The translations under genes were made by a program, and so were the position numbers. The notes beneath the pieces were generated by a model. The model saw only the letters and a program-made list of their open reading frames with translations. It did no database searches and was not told the origin of the DNA. A stretch of DNA of 64,000 nucleotides from a virus: the IMG/VR virus record IMGVR_UViG_3300009164_003814. One strand, given 5' to 3'. Positions 1 to 9,784 of the stretch are shown piece by piece (position 1 is the stretch's first letter; every line of letters begins with the position of its first letter).

Positions 1-210
1 ATCGAAGAAAGACCGGTGTGGCTCGTAGAAATTACCAGGCCCAAAGCCTTGATGAGCGACATACGCACAGGCTCAGTAGAATTAGAAGATCAGGATATCG
101 ATCTAGCAGACCTAGATGATGCTTACGAACAAGGGTTAGATCAAGAAAGTTACCAAAATGATGAACAGGCACAAAATGCACAACAACAACTCCAACAGCC
201 CACTATTTGA
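1..210 (+). CDS. 5'-truncated hypothetical phage protein (acidic C-terminus)
   Basis: Frame is open from base 1 to the stop at 210. Confidence 0.6.
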   Translation: MEERPVWLVEITRPKALMSDIRTGSVELEDQDIDLADLDDAYEQGLDQESYQNDEQAQNAQQQLQQPTI

Positions 211-736
211 AAGCCTAAGTTTTAAGGACATGGAAGGCTTGTTAAAGCCCACTGTTCACGTGGACGAATTCTCTAGTAAAATGGGCGACGACGATGACGT
301 TATTGTTGTGAGTTTCTTTGTGCGTGATGCTCAAGCAGCCAAGGATCTCATGATGTGGTTTGAAAAAGGCTATGACTTTGTTCTAGATGCTGATCGTAGT
401 CCAGGCGAAATCAAGCCCAGTCGTTATTTGGTATATGTGGAAATACGTCGTCGTAGCACAGCCGGCGGGCATGTAGAAACTTTATTAAACGACCTAAATA
501 CCCTGACCGAATTTGAAGACAGCTCGGATTGGACCATGCATTATCGCGGCAAAGAAATTCCATTTAGCCGTGATGCATTTGACAGTACTGTTCCACTTAC
601 TCCTAGAGCGTATCGTGAGCGTTACGAAAAAGATCTAAACGAAATGCGCACAGCCGCAGGCATGCCAGTGGTCACTACATATGATCGAAAAGATCCAGCA
701 CTACAAGCAATTCAATCCGCAGCCGGATTAATTTAA
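158..736 (+). CDS. Hypothetical phage protein
   Basis: 192-aa ORF; true start may be ATG 176; no recognisable motif. Confidence 0.6.
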   Translation: MMNRHKMHNNNSNSPLFESLSFKDMEGLLKPTVHVDEFSSKMGDDDDVIVVSFFVRDAQAAKDLMMWFEKGYDFVLDADRSPGEIKPSRYLVYVEIRRRSTAGGHVETLLNDLNTLTEFEDSSDWTMHYRGKEIPFSRDAFDSTVPLTPRAYRERYEKDLNEMRTAAGMPVVTTYDRKDPALQAIQSAAGLI

Positions 737-767
737 TCGTATTCTAACAGTAGGTATATAATTACCT

Positions 768-1448
768 ATGAAAATAAAAAGTTTTGGTTGTAGTTTTATC
801 TACGGAAGCGACTTGGCCGATGATGGCCGAGGTTTTTTAAGTGCAAAGCCAAGTCAACTGACCTGGCCGGCATTGTTGGCAAAAGGTAAAAGTTACGATT
901 ATGAATGCTATGCCGGTGCCGGTGCCGGTAATTTACGCATACTTGAAAAAATATTAACACAAACCGCAGTAGAAGATCCTGCTATTTTTGTCATTGGGTG
1001 GACATGGTTGGACCGTTTTGACTATACTACAGTACCCACTAAACACACTGTTCCTTGCGAATACATAGAAAATGAAATATGGAAAACAGTCATGCCCATT
1101 GATACTGATTCAAGAGCACGTAATTACTATCATGATTTACACAGTCAATACCGCGACAAACTCACTAATTTAATTTATATTAAAACCGCCGTTGATGCCT
1201 TAAAACAAAAAAATATTTCATTTATTATGACTTGTATAGATAATATTCTTTTTGAAACACAATGGCAATGTACAGATGCAGTAAAACATTTACAAGAGGG
1301 TATTTTTCCTTACATAACTACATTCGATGGAAAAACGTTTTTAGAATATAGCAAAGAAAAAGGGTTTCCAATTTCAGAAACCCTGCATCCTTTAGAACCT
1401 GCCCATCAAGCAGCTTTTGAATTAATTAAATCTTATAATTTAATATAA
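768..1448 (+). CDS. SGNH/GDSL-hydrolase-like protein
   Basis: FGCSF..G, GAGN, IGWT..R and C-terminal HP blocks; paralogous to 5792 and 56158. Confidence 0.5.
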   Translation: MKIKSFGCSFIYGSDLADDGRGFLSAKPSQLTWPALLAKGKSYDYECYAGAGAGNLRILEKILTQTAVEDPAIFVIGWTWLDRFDYTTVPTKHTVPCEYIENEIWKTVMPIDTDSRARNYYHDLHSQYRDKLTNLIYIKTAVDALKQKNISFIMTCIDNILFETQWQCTDAVKHLQEGIFPYITTFDGKTFLEYSKEKGFPISETLHPLEPAHQAAFELIKSYNLI

Positions 1449-2167
1449 ACAAAGTACAAACGACCGAGCTCAGTGGGCTCTTTCTTAAATTCTAATAATT
1501 TAAGGTTGTATGTTTCGGCAAATTCATTTACAACTTTAAAAGTCCACGGAAAGATATCCACATATGGTCCAGTTTTATGTGACAGTCCTGGGTTGGCTCG
1601 CAGATAAAATTTACCACCTTTTTCAAGTAAACTAACACAATGAGCAAACCGTTGTTCAATTTCGTCTCGACTGTTAAAGTTAATTGATCCTAGAGCAATA
1701 ATATGGTCATGGCTTTCTGGTTTAACTTGATATTCTAAAATGTCAACTTCGTAGTCAGCACAATTGTTGTAAGGATCAATACCAACCAAGTTAGGAATAC
1801 GCCCTTTAAAAGGATGGTATCCGCAACCTACATCTAAAACATTCTTAGGATTTTGTTTGGCAATTTCTTCGGCCAATGCCCAACCAGAATGATCATACTC
1901 GCCTGTTCTGGGTTTCCAAATTTCCGCAAAAAATCTATGTGTGTAGGTTTCACTTAGTTCAGCCACAATAGTTTTAACTGTGCCAACATAGTCAGACGTT
2001 AATTGCAGTTCGTCCCATACCGCATCCTTAAACTTCTTGTAACGAGCCGGGGTCCATGGCAATAGATCCACTTGAGTGCTTTGATCAATAACAATGTCTT
2101 GATATTTGGGCAAATCAAAAGCTTCTGTTAAATTTTCTGTAATCAGTTTAAAAATTTTGGTATTCAT
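1433..2167 (-). CDS. Class I SAM-dependent methyltransferase
   Basis: VLDVGCG, GIDP, LEKGG motifs. Confidence 0.75.
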   Translation of the reverse strand: MNTKIFKLITENLTEAFDLPKYQDIVIDQSTQVDLLPWTPARYKKFKDAVWDELQLTSDYVGTVKTIVAELSETYTHRFFAEIWKPRTGEYDHSGWALAEEIAKQNPKNVLDVGCGYHPFKGRIPNLVGIDPYNNCADYEVDILEYQVKPESHDHIIALGSINFNSRDEIEQRFAHCVSLLEKGGKFYLRANPGLSHKTGPYVDIFPWTFKVVNEFAETYNLKLLEFKKEPTELGRLYFVYIKL

Positions 2168-3068
2168 TTTTGGCTTCCGGTTGGTAAGTAAAACTTTTTA
2201 AATCATCTGTGTTGCTTGGGAATTTGTTAAGATTATAGCAAGCAAGTTCTATTCCTTGTTTTCTTAATCTTGATTGAATAATTGCTTCTCCGACTATTGA
2301 TAATTTATCCCACATTATTGTGTGATTAGAATTAACACTATCTATTATACTATTAATTTTTTTAAATTCATTAATAATGTATTGTTGTTTATTGAACCAA
2401 ATATTGTAAAATTCTTCAATGTGTTGGGTTAAATCAACAGTCAACCCAAAATAGTCAATTATTCTTAAAATTGTATTTTTAAAATTGTATAATAAATCGT
2501 CTGGGGTAATGCACAGCCAGTTATTATCAATGACTTGGCCAATTTCCAATTTTTCAATTTCTGAATCTACATAAAAACTTAAGGCTTCTCTTTGCTCATA
2601 CAGTTGCATATCATGCCACGAACTATAACTTGTGTTCCATGCGGTTTGTTTGTCTTTTAAAATAAGGTCTAAAAATACAGGAACTTTATGATAAGCAAAT
2701 AGACAATTTTTTTCGGCCATGCACATGTCAGTTAAACAAATTAACAATACTTTTTGGGTTGGATTAATAACTTTTTTAAATTCTGTTATTGTTTCTGCAG
2801 GCGATTGATAATCTTTTCCAGGGTAAATAGGAGTAACAATTTCAAATTTGGAATCTTTAAGTTTTAAAAATTCGTTAATTGTAGTAGGATGAAACTCTTT
2901 AGTATACGAATGCATACTGCCATTGTCGAGCACATTGGCTGATATCTTTGTCAATTCATTGCTAAACTGTCTCAGACAGTATTCAACAGTACTACCAAAT
3001 CCGCCGCACGGAAATAATACTATTATCATTATATTTTTCTAATTAGTTTAAAAATTTTGGTATTCATT
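2140..3068. repeat. 29-bp direct repeat (2140-2168 and 3040-3068) flanking the 2148-3029 gene
   Basis: taat[c/t]agtttaaaaattttggtattcatt occurs twice, 900 bp apart, with one mismatch. Confidence 0.9.
2148..3029 (-). CDS. Sulfotransferase-like/P-loop-like hypothetical protein, AT-rich
   Basis: N-terminal FPCGGFGST loop; visibly low GC. Confidence 0.4.
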   Translation of the reverse strand: MIIVLFPCGGFGSTVEYCLRQFSNELTKISANVLDNGSMHSYTKEFHPTTINEFLKLKDSKFEIVTPIYPGKDYQSPAETITEFKKVINPTQKVLLICLTDMCMAEKNCLFAYHKVPVFLDLILKDKQTAWNTSYSSWHDMQLYEQREALSFYVDSEIEKLEIGQVIDNNWLCITPDDLLYNFKNTILRIIDYFGLTVDLTQHIEEFYNIWFNKQQYIINEFKKINSIIDSVNSNHTIMWDKLSIVGEAIIQSRLRKQGIELACYNLNKFPSNTDDLKSFTYQPEAKNEYQNF

Positions 3069-3163
3069 AAAAATTTCCTATTATGGTAAATAATTTTACA
3101 AAGGGATTAAAAATTTTACCTCTCTCTGTAATTTTCTATAACTATTTACACAAAGGAACTTTT

Positions 3164-4120
3164 ATGAAAAAATTATTACTGGCCATTCTCATGGCACCTC
3201 TTTTGGCATTTGCTTGGCAACCTACTAAGCCTATTACAGTTATTTTCCCAAATGGTCCTGGAGCAGGTAATGAAATTAGTTTTCGTATTGTAGCCGCGCA
3301 GGTAGAAAAGAAAACTGGGGCCAGTTTTGTTAGCGAACACCGCCCTGGAGTTGATGGTAACGTAGCTATGAACCATTTTAATACTGTGCCTGCTGATGGA
3401 TATACTGTAGCTGTGCCGGCTTGTCAAAGCAACTGGGTTACAGCGGAAATATGGTATCCTCATGCGGTAAAATACAATGCTATGGAATTTGACCCAGTGG
3501 CTAACATTGCTCGTAGTCCCTTGGCATTTTTTGCCAAACCCGCTAGTACAGTTAACAATCCTGAAGAGTTAATCAGAGACATCAAAGCTAAAAAACGCCC
3601 AATCACATTTGCTATTGGCGGTGGTGGGCACAAACTTGCAGTTGAATACTTAATAGATCGTTTAAAAATTCAAGGCAACGATGAAGTTATCACTGCTATG
3701 TATAAGGGTCCAGCACAAGCCTTGCTAGACGTCATGGGTGGGCATGCTGAATTTGCTGTTACTCCTATTGCTGTGGGCTGGCCTCATGTGCAGGCAGGTA
3801 AATTAAAATTGATCGGTATTGCCAATGAAACTGCTATTAAAGGACTTGAAAAGTATCCACTAATGAAGACCTATGTGCCCGGACTTAACATACACGGCTG
3901 TTGGAACATGGTACTGCCCAAGGGCACTCCAGCAGATGTACAAGCCTGGTATCGTGCTAATTTTATTCCAGCTATTAACAGCAAAGAATCCAATGAAAAA
4001 TTTGTAGAGAACATGATGTTTATTACTCCAGCAGAGCACACACCAGAAGGTGTTAGAGCCAGTATGGTAAGACTACGTCAAGTATGGCAACCAATTGCTA
4101 AAAAGATAAAATCTGAATGA
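3164..4120 (+). CDS. Bug/TctC-family tripartite tricarboxylate transporter substrate-binding protein
   Basis: Signal peptide; P.KPIT.I.P..PG, RPG..G, ADGYT, YKG.A.AL.DVMGG, GKLK.IG motifs; SD aagga before ATG 3164. Confidence 0.85.
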   Translation: MKKLLLAILMAPLLAFAWQPTKPITVIFPNGPGAGNEISFRIVAAQVEKKTGASFVSEHRPGVDGNVAMNHFNTVPADGYTVAVPACQSNWVTAEIWYPHAVKYNAMEFDPVANIARSPLAFFAKPASTVNNPEELIRDIKAKKRPITFAIGGGGHKLAVEYLIDRLKIQGNDEVITAMYKGPAQALLDVMGGHAEFAVTPIAVGWPHVQAGKLKLIGIANETAIKGLEKYPLMKTYVPGLNIHGCWNMVLPKGTPADVQAWYRANFIPAINSKESNEKFVENMMFITPAEHTPEGVRASMVRLRQVWQPIAKKIKSE

Positions 4121-4731
4121 AGTATATTTTTATGGCCGGAGCTCCTGGTTCAAAATGGAGCAGTGTAGCAAAAAACATTTATTATAGTCCTGACATTGAT
4201 CAAACTGATGACAATGCTGATAGAGTATACGCAAGCTCTGTGGCCTACAATGGTACGCCTATGCATCTGGGCAGTTATTATGATCCTGGTATGGAGTTTG
4301 GTTCTTGGTTTGATCGATTAAATGAATACTCTAAAGAAGATTGCGAGAAGGAATTTGACCAACCGTTTTCTGGATTAGGTGTAAGAATAATCAAAAGCCA
4401 TATGTTCATGTATCATGTAGGATTCTTAAAGCAACACTGGCCAGACTGCCCGATTGTGTTGGTACACCGTGGTGATGATGCCAGTTTAGGCTGGTGGGTG
4501 CGTTGTGGCGGTTTTAATATCAGCTATCCGGACTATACTAAATATTACAAAGATTTAGATTTTATGGCCGCAGAAATTACTAGACAAAATACAGCCATGA
4601 GACCTTATTGGGATTTAGGCAGTTTTGTATATAACAATCATGAATTATGCGATTGGTTAAAGATAGCACATCCTCCTGCAGAGTATGAACAAAACTATGC
4701 AGATCACAAAGTAAGAGTAAAAGTTTATTAA
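4117..4731 (+). CDS. P-loop/sulfotransferase-like protein
   Basis: GAPGSKWS, IIKSH, IVLVHR motifs. Confidence 0.5.
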   Translation: MKYIFMAGAPGSKWSSVAKNIYYSPDIDQTDDNADRVYASSVAYNGTPMHLGSYYDPGMEFGSWFDRLNEYSKEDCEKEFDQPFSGLGVRIIKSHMFMYHVGFLKQHWPDCPIVLVHRGDDASLGWWVRCGGFNISYPDYTKYYKDLDFMAAEITRQNTAMRPYWDLGSFVYNNHELCDWLKIAHPPAEYEQNYADHKVRVKVY

Positions 4732-4739
4732 GGAACACA

Positions 4740-5579
4740 ATGACACAACGAATTTTAATTATGGGCTTACCGGGTGCTGGCAAAACAATGTTAGCAGGCG
4801 CTCTTAAAAAGTATCTTGAAGAACACGGAGACATCAGTTATGGTCGTGCTCTTAACGAACACATTGGCAGTTTAAATGCCACGGTAAATTGGTTCAACGC
4901 CGATGACATCCGCCGCAAATACAACGACTGGGATTTTAGCCAAGACGGACGTATACGTCAAAGTATCCGCATGTTTCAGTTCAGTATGGAAGCAGGTGGC
5001 GACTATGTTATTTGCGACTTTGTTGCACCGTTGGTAGAACAGCGTAACAACTTCAAAGCAGACTGGACCATCTGGGTAGACACTATTCGCGAAGGACGTT
5101 ACGCAGATACCAACGCGGCCTTTGTTGAACCCGAACAATATGATTTCCGTATCACAGAACAAGATTGTGAAAAGTGGGCAGAATTTATTGGCTCACACAT
5201 TATTGAAAATCGTCGTCGTCCTGTATTTGATTGGAAAAAAGAAACAGGGCAGATGTTAGGACGTTGGCAACCTTGGCACGATGGTCATCGAGCCTTGTTT
5301 GAAAGACTAATAGCACGGACAGGACAGGTAGTTATCCAAATACGTGATGTGCAAGGATGGCAAGATAGCAATCCGTTTGAAGTAGAAAAAGTCAAGAGCT
5401 TTATCAAACATGACTTAGATCCCATCTACCAAGGACAATACGAAATACAAGTAGTACCTAACATTGTACACATTGGTTGGGGTCGTGGAGTAGGCTACAC
5501 CAGCGGAGAAGAGTTGTTTGACGAAGCAACTGCGGATATTAGTGCTACAAAGATTCGTAAAGAGCTGGGATTAAAGTGA
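4740..5579 (+). CDS. Adenylylsulfate kinase (CysC)-like domain fused to an HxGH nucleotidyltransferase domain
   Basis: GLPGAGKT, NADDIR, DFS..GR, FVAP, F..P; then GRWQPWHDGH and ISATKIR. Confidence 0.75.
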   Translation: MTQRILIMGLPGAGKTMLAGALKKYLEEHGDISYGRALNEHIGSLNATVNWFNADDIRRKYNDWDFSQDGRIRQSIRMFQFSMEAGGDYVICDFVAPLVEQRNNFKADWTIWVDTIREGRYADTNAAFVEPEQYDFRITEQDCEKWAEFIGSHIIENRRRPVFDWKKETGQMLGRWQPWHDGHRALFERLIARTGQVVIQIRDVQGWQDSNPFEVEKVKSFIKHDLDPIYQGQYEIQVVPNIVHIGWGRGVGYTSGEELFDEATADISATKIRKELGLK

Positions 5580-5788
5580 ACAAGTATCATATACGTTTTA
5601 ATACAGGGCATAACGGATCTGATCTAGTTTGGCGTGTGTTTGAAAACGGACAAGAACACTTGGTAAAAAGTTTTAAAATAACTGCACCCATGTTTGATGA
5701 AGTTACAGTAGAAGATGGTGTTACCAAATGGAATGTGTGTTGTTACGGTTATATGACCATTGCCAACGAAGTGGCCACAATTAGATAG
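5576..5788 (+). CDS. Hypothetical protein
   Basis: 70-aa ORF, GTG start coupled to the upstream stop. Confidence 0.55.
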   Translation: MNKYHIRFNTGHNGSDLVWRVFENGQEHLVKSFKITAPMFDEVTVEDGVTKWNVCCYGYMTIANEVATIR

Positions 5789-5791
5789 AGT

Positions 5792-6589
5792 ATGATACTT
5801 CCGGATTTTGTATTACCTGGCCGAATCAATCAACAGTGCAACTACAGTGGAATAGACTCCAAGCACAATAATTATCCACATCCAATCACCTATCAATATA
5901 ACAATCGTGGATTTCGTGATGACCCATGGCCAGACGATCTAACTGATAAAATTTGGTGTTTTGGAGATAGTTTTACTGTGGGCATAGGATGTCCACGCGA
6001 GCACACTTGGCCGTACCTGTTGGACAATACTGTTAATGTTAGTCTAGACGGCGCCAGTAATTATTGGATTGCAAGAAAAGCCATCAAAGTATTAGAAGAA
6101 ATATGCCCTAAAACAATAGTAATACAGTGGAGTTTCATTTGGCGAGGAGAAAATACTAATTGTAATTTAAGTGACGAGGCCCGTCGATTACAATATTACG
6201 ACCTTGCCCTTTCACACGCAGATTTACTGGAAAATTTTATCAAGTTAGTTGAGCAAGTTGAATCTGCTGGTCAATCAACTAGAGTCATACACTCTTTTAT
6301 ACCCGGGTGGGCAATTGGCGATAGTGTACAAGCTGAGTGGGATAAACTTTGTGGCCCAGACTGGCCTACTACACCAATGGGTACCTGGACTCCGCAAGTT
6401 GAACTAGAACTTGCAGAATTTAAATTAGATAAATTTTTTAAAGTGTATGTAGAACTATTAAATCGTATCGAACATGTGCCGGAAATAGCACGTCTTGACC
6501 GAGCCAGAGACAATTTTCACTACGATTTGTTAACTGCTCAGGCGTTTGTGTCCAGTGTACGCAAGTTGTTGGCCGACGGGAGCAGTTAG
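5792..6589 (+). CDS. SGNH-like protein
   Basis: N.RGFRD, FGDSFTVG, GASN, IQWS, RD..HY. Confidence 0.55.
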   Translation: MILPDFVLPGRINQQCNYSGIDSKHNNYPHPITYQYNNRGFRDDPWPDDLTDKIWCFGDSFTVGIGCPREHTWPYLLDNTVNVSLDGASNYWIARKAIKVLEEICPKTIVIQWSFIWRGENTNCNLSDEARRLQYYDLALSHADLLENFIKLVEQVESAGQSTRVIHSFIPGWAIGDSVQAEWDKLCGPDWPTTPMGTWTPQVELELAEFKLDKFFKVYVELLNRIEHVPEIARLDRARDNFHYDLLTAQAFVSSVRKLLADGSS

Positions 6590-7762
6590 CTTTTCTTCCT
6601 CAGCAATAGCCAGGGTGTTTAATTCATCCTGGGTATAAAGTTTACCAAAGTTATTTTTTTCTACCCACTGGTTATACCATCCAACACATTGATCAAAGTT
6701 TTTGATGATGTGTTTTTTTTCTGTCAGTGATTGCAACTTTAATGGAACCCCAGTTACTAGGTGTCCATGCTCCTTTAGTGTTTCTATTTCATTTACTGTA
6801 TTTTTGTATGTTGCTATATGTTCTGCTAAAAAATTATATTCATTTTGTGTAACAGCAATTGATACAGTATTGAACAGTTGATCAATTTCTTGTTGAATAA
6901 CTGCAGGTAAATTGGCAGTTGACAATTCGCGCCAATCTGCGGGCCAGTCTGGTCCACGCAATTCTTTCCATTTTTGATCTGTTATGTTTTGTGAAGCAAA
7001 GGTTAACGTCTTTGTATCTGACTGCGCAGGCGGGTCTCTTAGTAAAAGATTGGGCAAAAGTCTGTGACACGCATTCCAATCAGTAAACGATTGCCCAAAC
7101 ATATCCTTCCAGGTATTGGCTGTAGAATTTTGCATGAAATCTAAATTTAAAATATAATCTTCAATTGCAATTATATCGTGATCATAGTTAAAGTAAGATT
7201 GTACATTGAAATACTGTTTGACCCACTGATCGTATTTTACATAGTTATCCAGATGTTTTTCTAAACTTTGTTGAGTGGCAGTAATTCCGTCTTGATACAA
7301 ATTGGCAAAAACATCAACTTTTTCAGCAGGACTATAGACATTTAATCTTTTACTGTGCGAATTAATTAACCAACTCAGTGCATGTTCTAATAGATTTTCT
7401 CGTTGACAACTAATAATAAAAAAATTCTTATTAAGGTATTCATAAAATTTGATTTGATCGCCTATACTATCTTGACGATTAACCAAATGGTAATGTGCTA
7501 GTCTGCTGGTTTTATAATGGTCAACACTATCTAATAAGTCAACAACTTCGGGCAAAGTCTGAAAGTAACCCCAGCCAACACCTTGTGGCTTGCCCAATAC
7601 TTCCTGTTGCAACGAGCTGTTAAAGTACTTTTCTAATCCGTTTGACAGCTCGTGCAGATTGATTACAGGACGATCAAAACCTTTGCGTATCATGTAAACT
7701 GTAATTAGCCGCTGTAAAAGAGTAGAACCCACACGATCTGGGGTCAGAATAAGCACATTCAT
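6530..7762 (-). CDS. Sulfotransferase-like protein
   Basis: TPDRVGSTLL (PAPS-loop-like) and R.N...ALSW motifs. Confidence 0.5.
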   Translation of the reverse strand: MNVLILTPDRVGSTLLQRLITVYMIRKGFDRPVINLHELSNGLEKYFNSSLQQEVLGKPQGVGWGYFQTLPEVVDLLDSVDHYKTSRLAHYHLVNRQDSIGDQIKFYEYLNKNFFIISCQRENLLEHALSWLINSHSKRLNVYSPAEKVDVFANLYQDGITATQQSLEKHLDNYVKYDQWVKQYFNVQSYFNYDHDIIAIEDYILNLDFMQNSTANTWKDMFGQSFTDWNACHRLLPNLLLRDPPAQSDTKTLTFASQNITDQKWKELRGPDWPADWRELSTANLPAVIQQEIDQLFNTVSIAVTQNEYNFLAEHIATYKNTVNEIETLKEHGHLVTGVPLKLQSLTEKKHIIKNFDQCVGWYNQWVEKNNFGKLYTQDELNTLAIAEEEKLTAPVGQQLAYTGHKRLSS

Positions 7763-7816
7763 ATTCTACTACTTATTCAGCTAAATATTAGCATCACAAT
7801 ATTGCGGAGCAAAATA

Positions 7817-8443
7817 ATGGAAATTACACAACAAAAATTAGGGCAGTGTATCGGCAATAACCCATACCTAGAACATTGGGCCGAAGCCTTAAACAAAATA
7901 CTACCAGATTATGATATTAACACGCCTGAACGTGTTGCCGCTTTCATTGCTCAGTCTGCACACGAAAGTGGAAACTTCACAGCCCTACACGAAAATTTAA
8001 ACTACCGTGCAGAAACACTACGCAAGGTATTTCCTAAGTATTTTCCAGATGACGCTACTGCTCAACAGTATGCCAGTCAACCCAACAAACAAGAATTAAT
8101 TGCCAACAGAGTCTATGCCAACCGCATGGGCAACGGTGATGAAGCAAGTGGAGACGGATTCCGTTACTGTGGGCGTGGACTAATCCAGTTAACAGGCAAA
8201 CAGAACTATACCAAGTTTGCCGAAAGCATTGACACTCCAGTTGATCAAATTCCAGAATTCCTAGCAACGTTTGAGGGTGCTATACAAAGCGCCTGCTGGT
8301 TCTGGGAAACCAACAATCTCAATCAATATGCTGATTCAGGAGACATACTGACAATGACCAAACGCATCAACGGTGGAACCATTGGCCTTGAAGATCGTAA
8401 GCGACATTATGAACACGCACTTGAAGTATTTGGAACTGCCTAA
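7817..8443 (+). CDS. Endolysin, glycoside hydrolase family 19
   Basis: AFIAQSAHES, ENLNY, YCGRGLIQLTG..NY, TKRINGG..GL.DR. Confidence 0.9.
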   Translation: MEITQQKLGQCIGNNPYLEHWAEALNKILPDYDINTPERVAAFIAQSAHESGNFTALHENLNYRAETLRKVFPKYFPDDATAQQYASQPNKQELIANRVYANRMGNGDEASGDGFRYCGRGLIQLTGKQNYTKFAESIDTPVDQIPEFLATFEGAIQSACWFWETNNLNQYADSGDILTMTKRINGGTIGLEDRKRHYEHALEVFGTA

Positions 8444-8931
8444 TGTTCAGCTGGATTATACAAAATATCATTGGTAACTTGCCTGTATGGGTTTGGACGT
8501 TTGTCGCAGGTGCTGGCGTGGCCGCTTATTTTGTTAGTGGATTCATTGCTCGCTTTCCAAGTCCCCAACTTAAAATGTTGTCGGTTACTGTGAAATATTC
8601 AGGCCTGGTTGCTGTGGTGTTTGGAGTCTTTATGTGTGGTGGTGCCGGAGTCACTGCTGTATGGCAAGCTGAAATTAAACGGGCCAATGAACAAGTGGTA
8701 ATTGCAGAGAAAAAAGCCGCAGATGCCAATGCCGCAATCAAAGAAAAAGTAATAACAAAAATTGAAATAGTCAAGGAGAAGGTCAATGCCAATAATCAAG
8801 CAATTGAAGCGAGTCGTGGTGCTATCAATGCTGAGTGTAAGTTGTCTGACACTGCTTGGGTGCTCTACAACCGTGCCGTTAAAAATGAAGTGGCCGGAAG
8901 CACCAGCAGAACTACAACAACCAGCAAGTAA
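8443..8931 (+). CDS. Inner-membrane spanin (Rz-like)
   Basis: N-terminal TM segments, coiled coil and a Cys; follows the endolysin and overlaps a lipoprotein gene. Confidence 0.7.
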   Translation: MFSWIIQNIIGNLPVWVWTFVAGAGVAAYFVSGFIARFPSPQLKMLSVTVKYSGLVAVVFGVFMCGGAGVTAVWQAEIKRANEQVVIAEKKAADANAAIKEKVITKIEIVKEKVNANNQAIEASRGAINAECKLSDTAWVLYNRAVKNEVAGSTSRTTTTSK

Positions 8932-9085
8932 TCTAACACCCTTAGCCGACAACAAAAAGACCTTGACTGATCTTATTGAAAATGCCAACGAGAACAGTGG
9001 CATGTATTATCAGTTGAAGGAACGATACGAAGCTTGGCAACAATGGTATGATGCTCATAAAAAGATATACGAGAGTGTTAAATGA
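8786..9085 (+). CDS. Outer-membrane spanin lipoprotein (Rz1-like)
   Basis: Lipobox LLGC followed by a Pro-rich segment; overlaps the Rz-like gene in another frame. Confidence 0.75.
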   Translation: MPIIKQLKRVVVLSMLSVSCLTLLGCSTTVPLKMKWPEAPAELQQPASNLTPLADNKKTLTDLIENANENSGMYYQLKERYEAWQQWYDAHKKIYESVK

Positions 9086-9486
9086 AAAAACTATTTGTTA
9101 TATTAGCAACATTAACATTAAACGGCTGTGCAGTATGGGATGCCTACATGATGACCGGCTACGACCCCAACGAATATCGTATTATTACTGAGATTCGCAC
9201 AGATGCTTATAATTATAAACAACAGTGTGCCAACAAACTTATGTCTGAATCTAATGTTATTTTAATTGCAGACAAAACACAACTGTTTGAATTTTACAGC
9301 GAGCAAATTCCTAAAAATGATAACGTAATTAACTCCAGTAAAAATTTAAATGCAATAGCTCAGGGTTTAAAAACTCAATATCAACACAACACATCAGTAT
9401 CACCATTATTTTGTAAATTAAAGTTTGCAAGTATTGAAAACTCTGCCGCAGTTATACAACACGTAGTAGCCAGGAGACCAAGATGA
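9082..9486 (+). CDS. Lipoprotein
   Basis: MKK + hydrophobic stretch + LNGC lipobox. Confidence 0.7.
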   Translation: MKKLFVILATLTLNGCAVWDAYMMTGYDPNEYRIITEIRTDAYNYKQQCANKLMSESNVILIADKTQLFEFYSEQIPKNDNVINSSKNLNAIAQGLKTQYQHNTSVSPLFCKLKFASIENSAAVIQHVVARRPR

Positions 9487-9743
9487 CCTTAAACGAAATA
9501 CAACAACAATTGGCTGATATGGTTAATGTCAACGATCCTACTTTTAGTCAATTTGCACATGATATAAACATGATTGTTGAGCAGGCCAAAGTAGGACAAC
9601 TGAGCAATGCAGAAGTAAAAGAAATACTTGAGGATGCACAACGTCAATTGGTTATATTAGAAGACATGAGTCAGCTGGCGTTTAAAGAAAAGTTAAACAC
9701 AGTATTAACTGGGTTGATCACCATTGCCAGCGCAGTAGTTTAG
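9483..9743 (+). CDS. Hypothetical protein
   Basis: 86-aa coupled ORF. Confidence 0.55.
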   Translation: MTLNEIQQQLADMVNVNDPTFSQFAHDINMIVEQAKVGQLSNAEVKEILEDAQRQLVILEDMSQLAFKEKLNTVLTGLITIASAVV

Positions 9744-9784
9744 TAATAAATAGCAGTATATAAAAATAATAATAAGGAGCAGGT

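Noticed and set aside
911-929. gccggt tandem repeat
   Set aside because: It simply encodes AGAGAG within a CDS
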